Shown here piece after piece: positions 1-14,400 of a DNA stretch of 64,000 nucleotides. The translations under genes were made by a program, and so were the position numbers. Position 1 is the first letter of the stretch; the number at the start of each line of letters is the position of its first letter. Origin of the DNA: Orbicella franksi (Eukaryota); contig OZ116704.1 in the NCBI GenBank assembly GCA_964199315.1, forward strand, positions 4,092,001 through 4,156,000, read 5' to 3'. The notes beneath the pieces were generated by a model. That model had not been told where the DNA came from and made no database searches. It saw nothing but the letters and a program-made list of their open reading frames with translations.

Positions 1-464
1 ACATTATGGGGAGGTTTCTTTTCTTTGCGGTTTTACTGTCGGAATAGTTTTCAATGAGAAAGATGAATTGACTGAAATGGTGAAATATTGAACCAGTCAG
101 TTTCACCGCTTGGCATAAATCTCTGCAAAAGTCAAGTTATTTGTCTCAATGGCATCTGCCATCTCTTTCATTCGGTGATAAGTTTACTTCTTAAAGGAAA
201 GGAAGGGAAAAGACTGAGAAAGAATAATGCCGAATAATAATATTTAAATAAATGTGACCATTATTAGTATCTATTCCGAGCAGAAAGGACAACACAGTGT
301 TAAGTTTGCTTAGCATATGGTAACGGTAAGTGAAATCAGTTTAAGATACCTTCACTGACGTGATCTGGAACAGCTGGCAACGAGCAAAACACGAGCAAGT
401 TGACTATGATCGTAAGAGTTATGCAGCTTATTATGACAGCTAAGGCACGCATATTCCTCCTCAT
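1..464 (-). CDS. 5' part of a probable type II membrane (signal-anchor) protein gene, e.g. a Golgi glycosyltransferase-like protein; continues beyond the left edge
   Basis: Exon 350-464 reads MRRNMRALAVIISCITLTIIVNLLVFCSLPAVPDHVSE and ends at donor G|gtatct (phase 1). Acceptor tttcaccatttcag at 72-74 opens exon 71-<1, continuing in frame as VNSSFSLKTIPTVKPQRKETSPIM with no stop. Basic N-terminus, hydrophobic segment and S/T/P-rich stem. No family recognised. Confidence 0.5.
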
Positions 465-757
465 GACCAAGGCTGTATACAAGCAATTTTAGCCGGGAAT
501 ATCGACGCGTATGTTTTGAAACAATGAACCAATGATGTGAGGAACCTCGAGACTGGGAAGATATCACAGGCTGATACTTGTTAACTATTCATGAAAGATT
601 TGTCTTTGGATTTGAAATGAAAACAATGGTTTCTCGAAACGCAAGGACACGCAAACTTCACAACAAATGCACTATTCAATATTGATCACCGATCCCCTCT
701 GATGACTTACTTAGCATATTACATAAGACTTTAAAACTAATTATGCAAGGGTGCATA

Positions 758-1020
758 GAGCAGTCCGGGTTCGAGTCCTGGCTGGGGACACTGTGTTGTG
801 GTCTTGGGCAACATACTTAACTCTCACAGTGCCTCTCTCCACCCAGGAGTAGAAATGGGTATCAGCGAATTGTTGGGGAAACCTAACAAATTGCTGGGGA
901 GTGACCTGCGATGAACTAGCATCCCGTCCAGGGGGAGTAGAAATACTCCTAGCGGCTTCATGCTACAGAAACCGGGATAAGCTCCGGCAGCTATGAGCCA
1001 GTCGGCTCCAAGGCTTCACT
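758..1020 (+). mobile_element. tRNA-derived SINE, 5'-truncated copy
   Basis: B-box GGTTCGAGTCC followed by the core GGGACACTGTGTTGTG..ACTTAACTCTCACAGTGCCTCTCTCCACCC, shared with the copies at 20753, 33868 and 37817. Confidence 0.75.
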
Positions 1021-1068
1021 TTTTTAAAATTTTTTTAAAAGCTCTCCACGTCTGAATTTCGCATTCTA

Positions 1069-1521
1069 CAGTCGAACCTCTCCACAACGGCCCCACTAAG
1101 GGCAGGTAGGGTGATATGACAGCTGTTTTTTTCCGGGGGCCCGGGGTACAATTGCAACATTTATATATTTAAAAAATGTTTATTGTAGTATAGAATACCT
1201 AACACAATCAGAATATATCAACAAAACAGAAACCAAACAGAAACAGAGACAAGCGGACGCGCAGTACGGATCAAGTCTGGTGACCTTTTACAATATAGCA
1301 TGGGGTTTTGTACACATCATTCGTCAGTCGTTGATTAACTCGCCGTTTTCGAGAGGTTACTTTGGCAGTTGGGACGCGTTTTAGTGGCCTTCGCCGTTGT
1401 CGACAGGTGACCGTTGTATGGCGGTTAAAATAACAGTGAATTAGTGTATGGATAGTCCGCCCGGACCAAACAAAGAGGCCCGCGTTGCGCAGGGAGTTGG
1501 CCGTTAGTGGAGGCTCGACTG
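1069..1521. mobile_element. Tc1/mariner-type MITE
   Basis: Imperfect TIRs CAGTCGAACCTCTCCACAACGGCC / GGCCGTTAGTGGAGGCTCGACTG, flanked by TA on both sides. Confidence 0.75.
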
Positions 1522-2382
1522 TACTCTTAAGTGTATATCCACAAATCAACACAGCACCACAGTTTCTCTATTTTATTCACAAATCGAATACTGTAGATCT
1601 TACCTAAGAATCCTTACTCAATTAATCTGCAATCTTAAGCTGCAGTAACTTGTATCACTGTCTACCACAGCACTGAACAAATGGCACAGCGCCCAATCTT
1701 TACAAAATTAAAGTAAAACAAATTGAGTCTATAATTGTAACAAAATGGCGTTGGCCGTTGAATTTCCCAAATGCAATTGTTCTCTAGTTAGTCAGATGCA
1801 TCTTCAAGTATCGAGGTTGTAGCACTTTCCCTACCCTGAGAACTTAAGCTTAAGATCAATAACGATTTTGGAAACTGTAATGTAACGATGGAAAAATACT
1901 TAAGTTCAGCAAGATTGTAGCTTAGTGCTGTTTACGTAAAGTGGCTTTTCACTTCGCAATTAATTATAATATTAGCTCCTCGATACACTGAAACCATGAA
2001 AAGCTGTTTGGTTCTCTTCGTTTTAGACAGGACAGTGAGTCGTGACGCAGTATGCAACGCTGAACGGCCTCGTTGCGTGATTTTTCCGTTATCACGTGAC
2101 GTCGCGAATATTTCTAACGACTTTTCCACATCCACACAACGCCAAAGACAACCAGGTGATACTAAGCTACAAATATTCTTCGTCCATCCTTTGAAGAGTT
2201 TTACTCAAAATAGCAGAGGTCCGACTGAAGAACGTTTTCGCACCTCACTGAACCAACACGTGCTCGTGAATGAATATGGACCCCAGCAGAGGTTCGTGTT
2301 AAAATGAAGCTAACTTGTTTGAACAAGTGACAGAATGAAAGTTAAAAAGATATCGTGCCCAAGAGAGATGGATGCCAAATGA

Positions 2383-2388
2383 TTTATT
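2383..2388 (-). terminator. Candidate CUL3 polyadenylation signal AATAAA
   Basis: First AATAAA on the minus strand, about 65 nt downstream of the CUL3 stop. No transcript evidence. Confidence 0.3.
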
Positions 2389-2452
2389 CAGTCATGTCCT
2401 CGGCGACCAAACTACAATGTGGTTTGGAATGGTGTTTGACGAGACATCCCGC

Positions 2453-5400
2453 TTAAGCAACGTAAACGTACACTTTCCTGCAAGAGTAACAAAGTAGATA
2501 CGAACTCGTAACGGCTCTATAAAATAGATTCACACTCGCTCAGCTTGTTGGGTCAAAAAAGCAGCTGCTTATAGTCTATTGGGAATTCAAATCATCTCCA
2601 CTACCTTGTTCATAAAGGGAGCACAAAATTGCTTCCAACATCCAGGAGGTTCTAAAAATAGGGACTCCACTCAATCACAAAAAGCAAACATCCCAGGTGT
2701 GTGGAGGGGTATTGAAGAAAGGAAATGTTTTGAGTGAACTAGTTAGTAGGTAGGCCTTCATCTCTCTTTGTTTATCTCCACACCACCAGTTTTCCATATA
2801 GCTGCCCCTTGCAGTAATGACCTAACTCGCCACTAGTCTCCCTAGCTCTCTCACTGGTGGCTCAATGGTCGGAGCGTCGGGGCGTCGGACCGGTAGCTTC
2901 GCCTCCCGTCAAGGACTCGGATACTTTTGTGACAACTGAGTTTGCACTTCTCTTCTAGGCCTTTATTTACACAGGGTTCTCGTTCAGATTGCTACTAACC
3001 TGTCTTCTGGTGTCCTGGCTAAGTACTCTCGCTCAATCAAACCTTCTATTCTCTTCTTAATAACTTGCGGGCTCGGCATGAAGCGTGCTTTCAACTGTTC
3101 CGTTACCTGAATGGAACAACAAGGACACACCGCGTGTGAGCAAACGCATTTCTTCTCTAATGTATAGCGTAGAAGCATAGTTATTAGCCGGGGGGATACA
3201 GATACTCCCAGAAAAATTGGGTAGGTGCGTGCGACCCGCCTCCAAAAGCCTTTACCCAAAATCTGCGATTTTCTCTACACTTTTTATGACCTGACTAAAA
3301 ATTGGATACCCTATTTAAGACCTGACCCTTGAATCAATGCCCTGTTTCAGACCTGTCTTTTGATAACTTAGTTCCCTAGTCGCTAGTTCAGACCAATGTT
3401 CAGTTAAAGACATTGTGAAGGGCTTATCGATAATGATGAAAAAGTAGCTTCTAAAAAGCATACCCAATGCAAGACTAGAGCGCAAAAACCAAACCCTATT
3501 TGAGACCCAAATGGCCAAACTCGATACCCTATTTCTGAACAAAACGGCTATAGGCCATACCCTTTGGGGCCGCACATACCTATGTAGCCCATATAAGGGA
3601 GTACCACCGCCCTCTCCCAGTTATTAACTTGTGCCGCGTAACATCATTTTAAACAGTCCGCTGCGTTGTCCAGCGTATCGGAGTGCTAGACTCCTAGAAT
3701 TCTTCCGTTGAAGCCCAGTACAAGCCTTTCTATAATTCGTTATTTCACATAACAGAAAGAACTCTGCAAATTTCTGTACAGGACTTTCGCAGATAACTTA
3801 AAACAAGCGAACATTTTTTGGAGAGGGAAACTAAAACACTGCTAAATACCTAGGAAGAGAATTTAACCATGGACACTGCCTCAGTCATATCTTTTTATGG
3901 CTATGGTCCTGCATGTGAACTACAAACCTCTGTTGTAAACTGAGGAGGTTAATGCATTTTTGAGTTAGCTAGTGACACAACAACTACTGTATATACTAAC
4001 CTCGGCAACCAAAAGATTATGTGGTCTCTTCTTACGCGCCTTCATTATTCTGACAATGGCAGCTTCGATTCTGCACGCACCGTGTTAAGGACATACAGTG
4101 CTCCTGGAACTATTACATGTACAATCTTAAAGCAAGAGAAGCAACAAGTGGTAGCGGGCTAAAAAAACAAAAGCAACGACAACTTAAAAAACGTTCTGGG
4201 GGGGTAATGTCGCCCGGGCACAAATTCATATTTTTTCTCTGATGAATGGCGAATGTGCCCCAGCATTTAATTCGCCGGTACCTCAGTTATACCCTCTTCT
4301 GAGGGGAAAAACATACTGCGCAGCTTTCTGTGCATCCCTATCCCTACATGCGGACTCAGGTAATAATGGGATTTGCAATGGTGGAAAGAACGGCGGACTG
4401 TAATAAGGTACGCGAGGATGTCGTTCGGTTGATATATTTATACTTGGGCAAGCATGACATTCTTTTCGGCCTTTTACTGTTAAGAAAATAACTCTCCCCC
4501 TGCCTGCTGAAAGGTTCTCTTGCTTATATATTCAGTAATTTGTTTATATGGATGCAATATGTAAAGTAGGTTTGCGGGAAAAAATGTGTCTTCGCACCGA
4601 AATTTCTTGTGTACCGCGGGAAATATAGGGTTCGGAAACCTTCTTTAGTTTAATTTTGTCCGAAATAACAAAACGCTAACCTCTATGGGCTGGGCATGCC
4701 GGAACTATATACGTGTAACAACTCTTAAAAGGATACTCATGTTTTCTGTCTTCGTCGACTTTACTTCTGGTCTCCTTTCTCTCGGGTTCCATTTCACCTT
4801 TAGCGAGAACTGTGGACAAAAACAAACGTTCAACAAAGAAGCAACAACAAAACCGGTCAGAAAATCACAGTCTAGTCATGGCTGACTTTTACCTGTTTGT
4901 ATTTTGACTCTGTGTAACTTGGACGTAAATTGTTCATTCACTGAAAACACATCGGTAGTGGCTGCGAGGAGAAACAAGAGAAAAATTGTTACACTGTAAC
5001 TTACACAGCGCCTGATTTCAAATCGGTCTCCGTCCGATTTTGAAATTACTCGCCTGATTAGCACCTGAATTGTACTCCAATCGGTGCACTTACTATTACG
5101 ATTATAATTCCCTTTAGAGTACAAGAATTAGGCCAATTAACATATTAACCTACGCATACAAAATTAGGTCGTGTCCTGGTGTACCGGTACACAGAGGGAA
5201 TAACCATTGTACTCCTTTCTTAACGAACCTTTGTTTAACTGTTGAACATTGTTGGGTCTTTTGTATCAGTTCTTGTGAACCGGTACACGAGGACAGAACC
5301 CAAAATTATATCTCTTGTCCATTTATCTCTTCAATTATTTTCTTTTTTTATCTGTGTGCACAATTAGCTATTTAAGCTAAATACTCGGACACTTAAATGA

Positions 5401-8400
5401 AGTTCGTTCGTTCGTTCAAGCCACAAACATTATTGGCATTATCTTACACACACTCTCGAGTTGATAGGTTTCTGCAGTAAAAATGACGCGGCTAATAAAA
5501 AACACGCCCGATAACACAGACGTGAAAGAAATTTCCGGTCTCGGATAAGAGCTACTGAACTGAGAAGCAACTCAAAGCCTGCCAAGGGGTTTCACTGTAA
5601 TGTGATCCATTTTACAGAGGTAAGGATAAGAGTTCAAATCCTCTACTCACAAATATCTCTTCCTTTTGGGTCTTTAGTAAGAACTCGTTGTGTTGCTTTT
5701 CCACACGCTAGCGATTGCAACGCTCGGTTTAAATCTCTTTCGGGAATTTCTGTATGCTGACTAATTTCCTGCAAAGTATAAATAAGATAATAGGGTGACT
5801 TTCATCTTGGAATTGTCTTAGGAAGTAATACAAATTTGAGCAGTCTCACGAACACAACTTGGACGGGATTGGACGGCCATTTCAAGCGAAGGAGAAGACT
5901 CGACCCAGACTTCCTCCACCATCAGATTCCATACGGGCTTACATGGTCAAGTAATCATACTCGTTTGTGAACATTTATCCACTCCCTGTGTTATTGAAAT
6001 CAAATAATGTACTTCGGCCCCGTCCACACTACGGCGGAGAAATTCGAAAACTTTAAAGACAGCTTTATTTCTACTGTTAGGCGTACCATCCACACTAATC
6101 CGTCATGACAACGGAGCTCTTCAAAAACGCTCTTCAGACCGGAGGAATTTGAAAACGCCGGCTTTGCGTTTTAGTGTGGATGAAAAACATTTTGAAAACG
6201 GAGCTTTTTGAAAACGATGACGTCACGATAATCACGTGATTTCCCTGCCTGAGTTTTCCTCCAAAATCACCGGTGATTGTTGCGTTTTCAAATCCTCCGG
6301 CCTAGAGTGGGCGGACCCTTACTTAATACTCTATGTACACCCACCTCGTAAGTCCACTTCTCTTGAGTGTTAAACAACATTAACAGACACATTTGGTACG
6401 AGGATACTTGAAATATGTGGCGACGAATTTCTGAGGGACCACCATCCTAAGAACAGATTAATAAGCAATGCGTTAAAACAGAGGACAAATCGTAGGACAA
6501 GAGGCTAATGAATGATGAAGTGCTGGTCGTGCTGCTATCAATGTGTACAATTAGGACTCAAGTATTTCATTGTTGAATGTGTGACAAGACACTTACTTTC
6601 CTGGAAGGTGGAAAGGTCGCATTGAGCTCGGCTGTTCCCTATCAACAAGAAACGAAACTCTACATCAATTCACGACGGGAAAAAGGCAAAAGAATTAAGG
6701 CTAGATCAACCAAGTACTTAAGGTGCAAGAGCACCAATTTTTGCTTTTGTTTGACCAACAACTTTTTGCGTTCTCAACGCCTCTCATGCACTCGCAACAA
6801 CTGTGAACGTTTGCAAGATTGCAAGTCCATAGTATTTTTCACTTGTTTGACAGCGGATGTCAGCTCTTTCAGTGTAATCTCAGCTTGATCAATCAAGCGC
6901 CGTTGGTAATCACTGAGAGTTTAAGAAAACAGTTTCGTTCAACTCTCTTCCCTTAGGATTGAGGGTCACATCAACTGTCGTTTCTCGTTGATCTGGTTAC
7001 TGAAAAGTCTAACATAATTCACGACATATATGACAAGAAACCCTTAATTCAGTCCTGTTTGTCTTTTCACAAATAATGATTCTATATTCTAGAATATTTG
7101 CCACAAACTGACAAAATAATTCTTACTAGTTGAGGTTGAAGAGTCAGCTGCCTTCCACTGTGACAACCTAAATAAAACCTAGAAAAAAACCATACAGTCA
7201 AACCAATACCATTACTAAACCAACGTTAATGTAATGGAATGGCGTGAAGTAAATTTTCTTGCAACATGTCTAACAGTTTTGTTGTGTCACAATTGGCAAG
7301 AGCGCAAAGACTGAATCTTTACTGGCAGCATTCTTGTTTTGCAGATGACGGCAAAAAATGTACAAAGATTCATAACGCACGTGCACAGCTATTGTTCTAC
7401 TTTTTTTGTCCATTAAACCTTTTGTTTGGTGAGAATGTTATCAAATGGGTTAGCACTAAGCAGTAAAGAGGGTTTGGATTGATAATCTTTCTGCATTGTA
7501 CAGATTATTTTACCTTTTGAAACAGTCGAAAGCGTGCTGGGCCTGAGGAGGAACTGTACATTTTGGCGAGGAAGCCTGGGTTGGCCAGAACCCTGTTGTG
7601 AGAACTCTCACCACCAAATCTACTCCCATAAGATTTATCTAAATGTCAAGAAAGTTCGTAAATCAACCTTGCAAAACACTTTTATTTTCATAACTGAACA
7701 TAAAGTAATTATGCGCATACGGCATAATCCATCACAAAAATGGTCTAGAACAAAATAAAGTACATTACTTGCAAAAAGTTTTGGACTTTTAACTTTCGGA
7801 CACTTGTTGTCTCATCTCGCACAAATTTCGGACAACAAGTTTGGCCACTTCGCTGAAACATAGCCAAGTAAATTAGAAAACATGAATTGGACTTGAGCAA
7901 CACCAAAAGATGATAGTTTTACTGCACCCTCAAGGTTTTACTAACACACCGGCGAGAAAATAACACAAATTCTATCAAGCCGTTATGTATGTGAAGAAGT
8001 GTCTCAACTAGAGTTCACATAAAGGAAACTAAGAGCTTGAGCTACTACAAACCTTTATAATGTACTGTATATTAATTTTTCGTACGCTTAAAAATTTCGG
8101 ACGGTTTCATTTCGGACTCTTTGTCCAAAATTAAAATCGTCCCAATTTTTTTTCGCAAGTAATGTACTCTCCAAGATTATGTACACACAATAATTTCAGA
8201 GTTCACTTCAGGAAAATCTCCTAGCCATCAATGATTTTTTTTTATAATTAGTTTACCTGGTTGTTGGAGATGTGTTGTCTGAACTCATCATTTGTAGACT
8301 GTGATAGTGACATGTCTTTGAACATGCCTTCTAGTTTGGATGTAAATTGACAGCCACACTCGGTCTGAGAAGAGAGAAATTTACAAGTTTTGGTTATAAT

Positions 8401-11400
8401 TGCTTCTAATGGCAATCACTGATAATCAGTAAAAATCCAGTTAAAGGCAAACCACGATAAATCATTGTAATTAGCAATCATTTGCAGTTGCACAAATAAT
8501 CTATTTCGTTAACAAGGCAATTACTGCTGTCATTGTTTAAATTTTTTTAATGAGCATAACAACATCAAATGACAAACAAACAACATTGTAGATGTGAAAC
8601 AAGTGTTGCAATTTTAGTTATAATGCTAATTTTGAAAGGAAATGTGCAAAACTTATTTAAAATATTTTTAAATTACACAATTTGACTAAGTACTATCAAC
8701 ATCATTTGAGGTTAAGTTAGTAACAGCTACATTTTAATCTTTAGGCCCTGGTTGTTTGAAAGGTTGATAATGCTATCCACCATGTAAATCACTATCCAGC
8801 GGATAGCATGGTTTTTTGTTTAACACTTAACCACTAGATAGCAATTTATACTGTGGATAGCATTATCCAGTCTTTTAACGACTGGGCGTGGTCTTGTGTT
8901 AGATCACTGGCCAACCTTCAGCTTGGAGATCATATTTTTCTCTGAGTCATCCGAGATGCTCTTTCCTAAGAGAAGTCTCTTGGCCAGATGTTGCTTGTAA
9001 TATCGTTCAAATACATCCTGAGAACGCAAGAGCATCGTCATTAGCACCCCTTTTACAAAGTACTACAGTTGCTCAATACTGTGTAAATAACTCACGAAAA
9101 CAAAGTGTAAAAACCTACATGAACTAGAGACAAACCTTGAGTTTCACAATGTTGCAGCTGTTCATGTAACTAGTTAACATTAATTTGTAGACTAAGTCTT
9201 TTCAGTTCCACAAAATGTACATTTTTAAAGTGAAGTTACAATCAAATGCTCTTAAAAGTCAACTGTGGGTGTTTTGCATGTTTTGCCATTTGTAGGTTGT
9301 TAAATCCTGCCCTGTGTATTGTATAAATGCACTGTAATGCTGTATAAAACGTTCATTCCACACGACATTGGTAACATTTCAACAGAAGACAAATAATTAA
9401 GACACAAGTGCCCGTGGTCTCTATCCTCTGTTACCTTTTCTTGAAGAAATCTGAAAAGGACCATACATTTATCCAATACAGTTTCTACTTCTTGTTCAGA
9501 AAGCTGAAATAAATAGCAAACAAAACCATTACAGAAGGGTTTCAGTAATTTCTGTCTCTTAACACCCATGTATGTAGCAGCAATGCATATACATGTATCA
9601 TATGAATAGCTACATTTTCCTTAAGTATGAATGCACCGTCAACAGCCCATTTCCGAGTTGCCATAAGCCTCTCCATCAAAGCGAGGCCTGGTGCACAACC
9701 ATTCATATCAAAATGAGCTTAATTTGCATGTGAATGAAATCTCGTTTTCATATGAAAGGATGAGCACCGAGACTCGCTTTGCAAAAGAGGCTAGAGGTAA
9801 TTTGGAAATGGCCAAGCCCAAGTTTTCCAATTCTGTAGCTAATTTGACTTTTTTAAAAGAGATGATATTCCACTGGCCTGGCTCAAACATGAACCTGTAC
9901 TTAATCTGGAGTTCAGCACAAAAGTTACAATGAGCAAGGTCAACTCAGAATGAGTGTGAATGTGGTAAGTAAACACACAAGATTAGTTGCAGTTTGCATT
10001 GCTCGTGCACTTTTATTAGACTGTTGCTGCAATGAGAGAGATAACATTTTACAGATATCCCAGATAGCCTGTGTAACACTGCCTGCCTCCTGTAAAAAGG
10101 CTAAAAAGGAAAACTTAATGTTCAGCTTACCCCCTTCACTCCTTTCTTTAGCTTGTCGTCAATGAAAAGGGACAAAAATTCAGGTGATTTTCCATTGAGA
10201 TTGAGAAAATGTTCAAATTCCTGTAAGTGGTGCAAAAATAGTTGATTAATTTCTTGAACAAGAAGTCAAGTTACAATCTACTATTTGTACATGTCTAGAC
10301 ATAGTTATGGCAATGATCCAGTTACATTGATAACAACATCCCATAAATTTATGTCTTAAGTACCACCTAGTCAGAGATGATCTACCAATAAAGTTATGAT
10401 CTTAATATCGATGTTATGTCACTTCATGATCATGATTTAACTCGCAGTGTTCAGCGTCAAATAAACTGGCACACAGCTGTGATGACTGTATTTGCTAGGA
10501 AGAACCTTGCTGGAGTGAGGTACAACATTAAGCATTCCCACGTAACAAGCAAAAGACCATTGAAACAGTTACAACTTACTGAAGATATCGCCTGCTTGAA
10601 TAGTCTGTCATTACTGAAGGAATTGTTCAAGAAATGATCAAATCTGTCTTTTAAGTCTAGAAGACTCTGAGATAAAAACAAAACAAAAACAGTCCATTAG
10701 GCAAAAGAACCTTGTCCAAACACATTGATCAAGACTAAACATTGATGGCAATGAAACAAAAAAGGTCTACACAAAAAATATTTGACAAATGTTGTGGGGT
10801 CAAATTCTTTTTTCATCTCGTTAACTGCCATTGCCATTTCATTTTCAGTACATTTCAGCGCTATATAAATAAAGTATTATTATTACAAAGTTATGAGAGT
10901 GGATTGTTAATTTGGCAACTTTTCCAGAACAATATTGTTACCAGTAGAGCATTTTTCTTAGCATGAAACTATGTAGTAAAATGGTCTGTTTTGCAAACTA
11001 TGCACGAAAAGGAATTGTGATAAAGTACACAGTCTAACCTGAATGTAGGTGATGGGATTTTTACCACTTTCCCCTTCTTCTTCAACAACAAGAGCTTTCC
11101 CTTGTTCACGCAAATATCCTCTCATACAGTCACACACTGTCTTCAACCCATCCTTAACTCTGACAAACAGACGGTACATTCTCGCCAGATCTGTAAGTAG
11201 AACAAAAGTGCAATGAATATTCAGATTGTTGATTTTCTTGGAAGTTTCTTTAAACCCTTGCTAGTTCCAAGTTAATGTCAGCAGTGATGCTAAGAGGCAA
11301 TTCAAGTCAAAAAGTACTCACTCAGGTAAATTATGATTCATAATTACATTCAATGTTGAGGACCAAAACAGTTTTGGATTAGTAAAAGTAAATCATAGAA

Positions 11401-14400
11401 TTTCAGTCATTTTGATTGTAATAATTATACTTTTGACATCAAAATGACATTGTGGGGAAATAAAATCATCGTTAGCACCAAAGTGCAAGTTGGAAACAAA
11501 CAAACCTTCTATTTTATTGTGCTTGAGCATATGAATAACACCAGAGTTCTCCATTTCAACCACTGTCTTCATGTGCTTGCGTATTAACTCCTCCTCCACA
11601 ACCTGCAAGGAAAATCATTCTTTTTCAAACCAATAACTAAAAATTTTCTTCCTCTTTGCACACATGCAATGTACAAACTAGGTATCATCACTACAGCCAT
11701 TTAGAAGTGAAGATGGTTACCTTTACAATAGGATCCTCAGTTGAAGGGTCCAGATAATGCTTGGCCCGTTCAGATTCTTCATTAATCCTTGTTTCAACCT
11801 GACGGAAAATCATTGGAAGTCAACTCTACCTCCAAACCAATCAGAATTTACACATTAAAAACAAAACTAATTTTCCATGCTTCAAGCTTACAAACCTTCT
11901 GAATATATACTGATGCACTATTTTCTGCAAGGAACTTTTGACCTTCTAACTGTTGAGAAACAAATCAAGCAAAAAATAGTAAGTATAATTACTTGCACAC
12001 AACTAGGAGCCATGTGAAATTGAACCACACAATGACTGCAAAACGGCAAGAAATATGTGCAACAATCTCTTCTACTTCAGTCATATACATCAGGAGGTAG
12101 ACAGCAACAGAGCAGTAACAACCTTGATTTTAACAAAAATGTGTTTGTAAAGGAACTACACTTTCTCCCCACGGAAAACATGCAAATGATAAAAAAGTCT
12201 GGAAAGTTGAGATCCAGTAAAAGTATATATGGTTCAGCTGCATTGCTCAGTTACTTACTGAAACCTGTCATGAGGTCATGTTCTTACTTTGTAGAATTCA
12301 GCTGATTCTTCAAGGAATGGCTTCTCAAAGTCCTCTTCATAAACACTTCTACTTTCGATACCCAATACCATAAGCATCTGACAAGCATTTCTGATGGCCA
12401 TCCTTTACAATGAAAACAACAAATAAATTTTGTAATTGAATGTTGAAGAAGAGGATCAAAAATATACACAATATTTGTTAAAGACAACAAGACGCATCTA
12501 ATACAAAGGCTGGTGCACATGTAATTACTTGTCAACAACTTCTCCTTTGCGTTCTCGTCTGACCAGTGTCAGCAACGTTTGACACAAATGATCCCTTATG
12601 TTACCATGCCGCACCACCTTCAAACAGCAAAACATAACAAGAATGACTGATTGACAATGAACTTGTTGAGATGAGTAATTTTCTTACTAATTTACAGCAT
12701 TAAGCACCTTGCAATCTTTCCATACTTCTAACAGAGAAACTACTTAAAATAGTTTGTCCCAGGTTTCCTCTGCAGTTTGGATAAAGAGTACTGAGCCCAA
12801 CCACTCTCCCCATCAATAGCCTGACATTTCTTGGAGCCTTATGCAGCCTTCAGAGGTTAGTGTCACATTCAGACAGTTGTAAAAGTAACTCTACATTCAA
12901 GCATACTGAACCATCAGGCTTGAATTTATCTCCAGTTTCAGTGGCAAGAACGAACAGATGGGATGCCAGTCCTTCACAGTTCACCCCTTCCCCCCTTCCC
13001 CCCTCTGAAGACAATCAATTTTCTCAAACCTGTGTCTACTTTTGGATGGGAGAGGCAATTTGTAAAAGTGTCTTGCTCTGCCAGCATCACAACGCAATGA
13101 ACTGGGTCATGCTCCCACCTGGATCATTCAATCCTGAGTCTAGCACACTGACCATAAGGCTACAACACCTCTCTTACATACTTGTAACGCTAGTTATTCT
13201 TATCAACTGTTCACGTAATTATATATGGATCTTGTATGGAGAAATACCATTTTAACAACAGCATGCCCATGACCTAAAAGCTTTTGGCCACAAATATGAG
13301 CACATCAGTGGAAAATTTCAAACATTAATGGAAGTGTCAGGTGGAAACTATCAAATGAGAAATTAAGTTATTTCATGAATAACTCACCAAGTCCCTGAAA
13401 AGGATTAATCCTAAGTTGTAAACATTATCAACACCATTTTGCTGCACATATACTCTATCCTGTAAATAAAATAATAATAAAATATTCCATTAGTGTAACA
13501 ACGTGTTCTAGAATATTCAGTATGCATGTTGAAATGTGAAGGGGGCCAGGTTGGAATGTTCAACAAATAGAGAATACTGACTGGACTGCAGTGCTGCGTA
13601 ACCAACAGCTAAGCTCACAAAGTGGACACGTGGTAATAATACGCAAATTAATGCAATTAATCTTTTGACATTTTAATACGGTTTGTGCGGGACATCTTGT
13701 TTAACAACAGATATAAATATCACTCACTGTGTATTAATCATGCAGGAAGAGGGAGAGGTTTCCCCCCACACTTATATGACCAATTTCCCAAAAGCGAAGC
13801 AAAAGACACGTGTGCACATGTGTCATACATTATACCGATTAGTGACACATAAAAACAATGACATGCTTAATATTTCTTGTAGCTTGTTGACAATTTATTG
13901 TGACAAAAGTTGTGCAAAAAGTTGTCTGGTATGAATGTTCCTTACAACATTTCTGTTGCAGTAAACAATGCACAATGCTTACTGCAAGAAAAATATTGCA
14001 AGAATGTTTGTTTTAGAAGGTAGTACACTATGGAATGTCTCTTGCAAGACAAGGATCAAGAAAGATTGCCAAGTATAACAGGGGCCATGCTACACAAGTG
14101 CAAAATTAAGATATCACAATTAAATGTGTGAAGTTTTCATTTTGTTTGTAAACATACCATGTACATGAGAATATCTCTAATCATCACCATTGATGTCTGA
14201 TGATCAGTCCAAGCTGCATTCAATGTATCCAGGAAATTATTGTTGAGTGAGACCACTACATCTTTGCGTATCTTAAAGAAATGAACCAACACAAAATATA
14301 ATAACTTTTCAAACTGAACACTTTGTAAAATTTGTTCCATCGATGACCAGATGCTAAACTGCGATAAAGCAAGAACTGAATGTTATACTTGTACAATCAC

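Noticed and set aside
88-200. Strong minus-strand acceptor (cttttcccttcctttcctttaag) followed by MKEMADAIETNNLTFAEIYAKR
   Set aside because: All three frames after this acceptor stop quickly; the acceptor at 72-74 gives the open continuation.
1996-2307. 103-aa plus-strand ORF in CpG-rich sequence
   Set aside because: No protein features. The region (TCACGTGACGTC motif) looks more like a promoter for the left-edge gene, but this is too unsupported to annotate.
2853-2935. tRNA-like sequence (A-box TGGCTCAATGG); similar at about 3660-3720
   Set aside because: No complete cloverleaf or intact B-box; these are decayed SINE heads, not tRNA genes.
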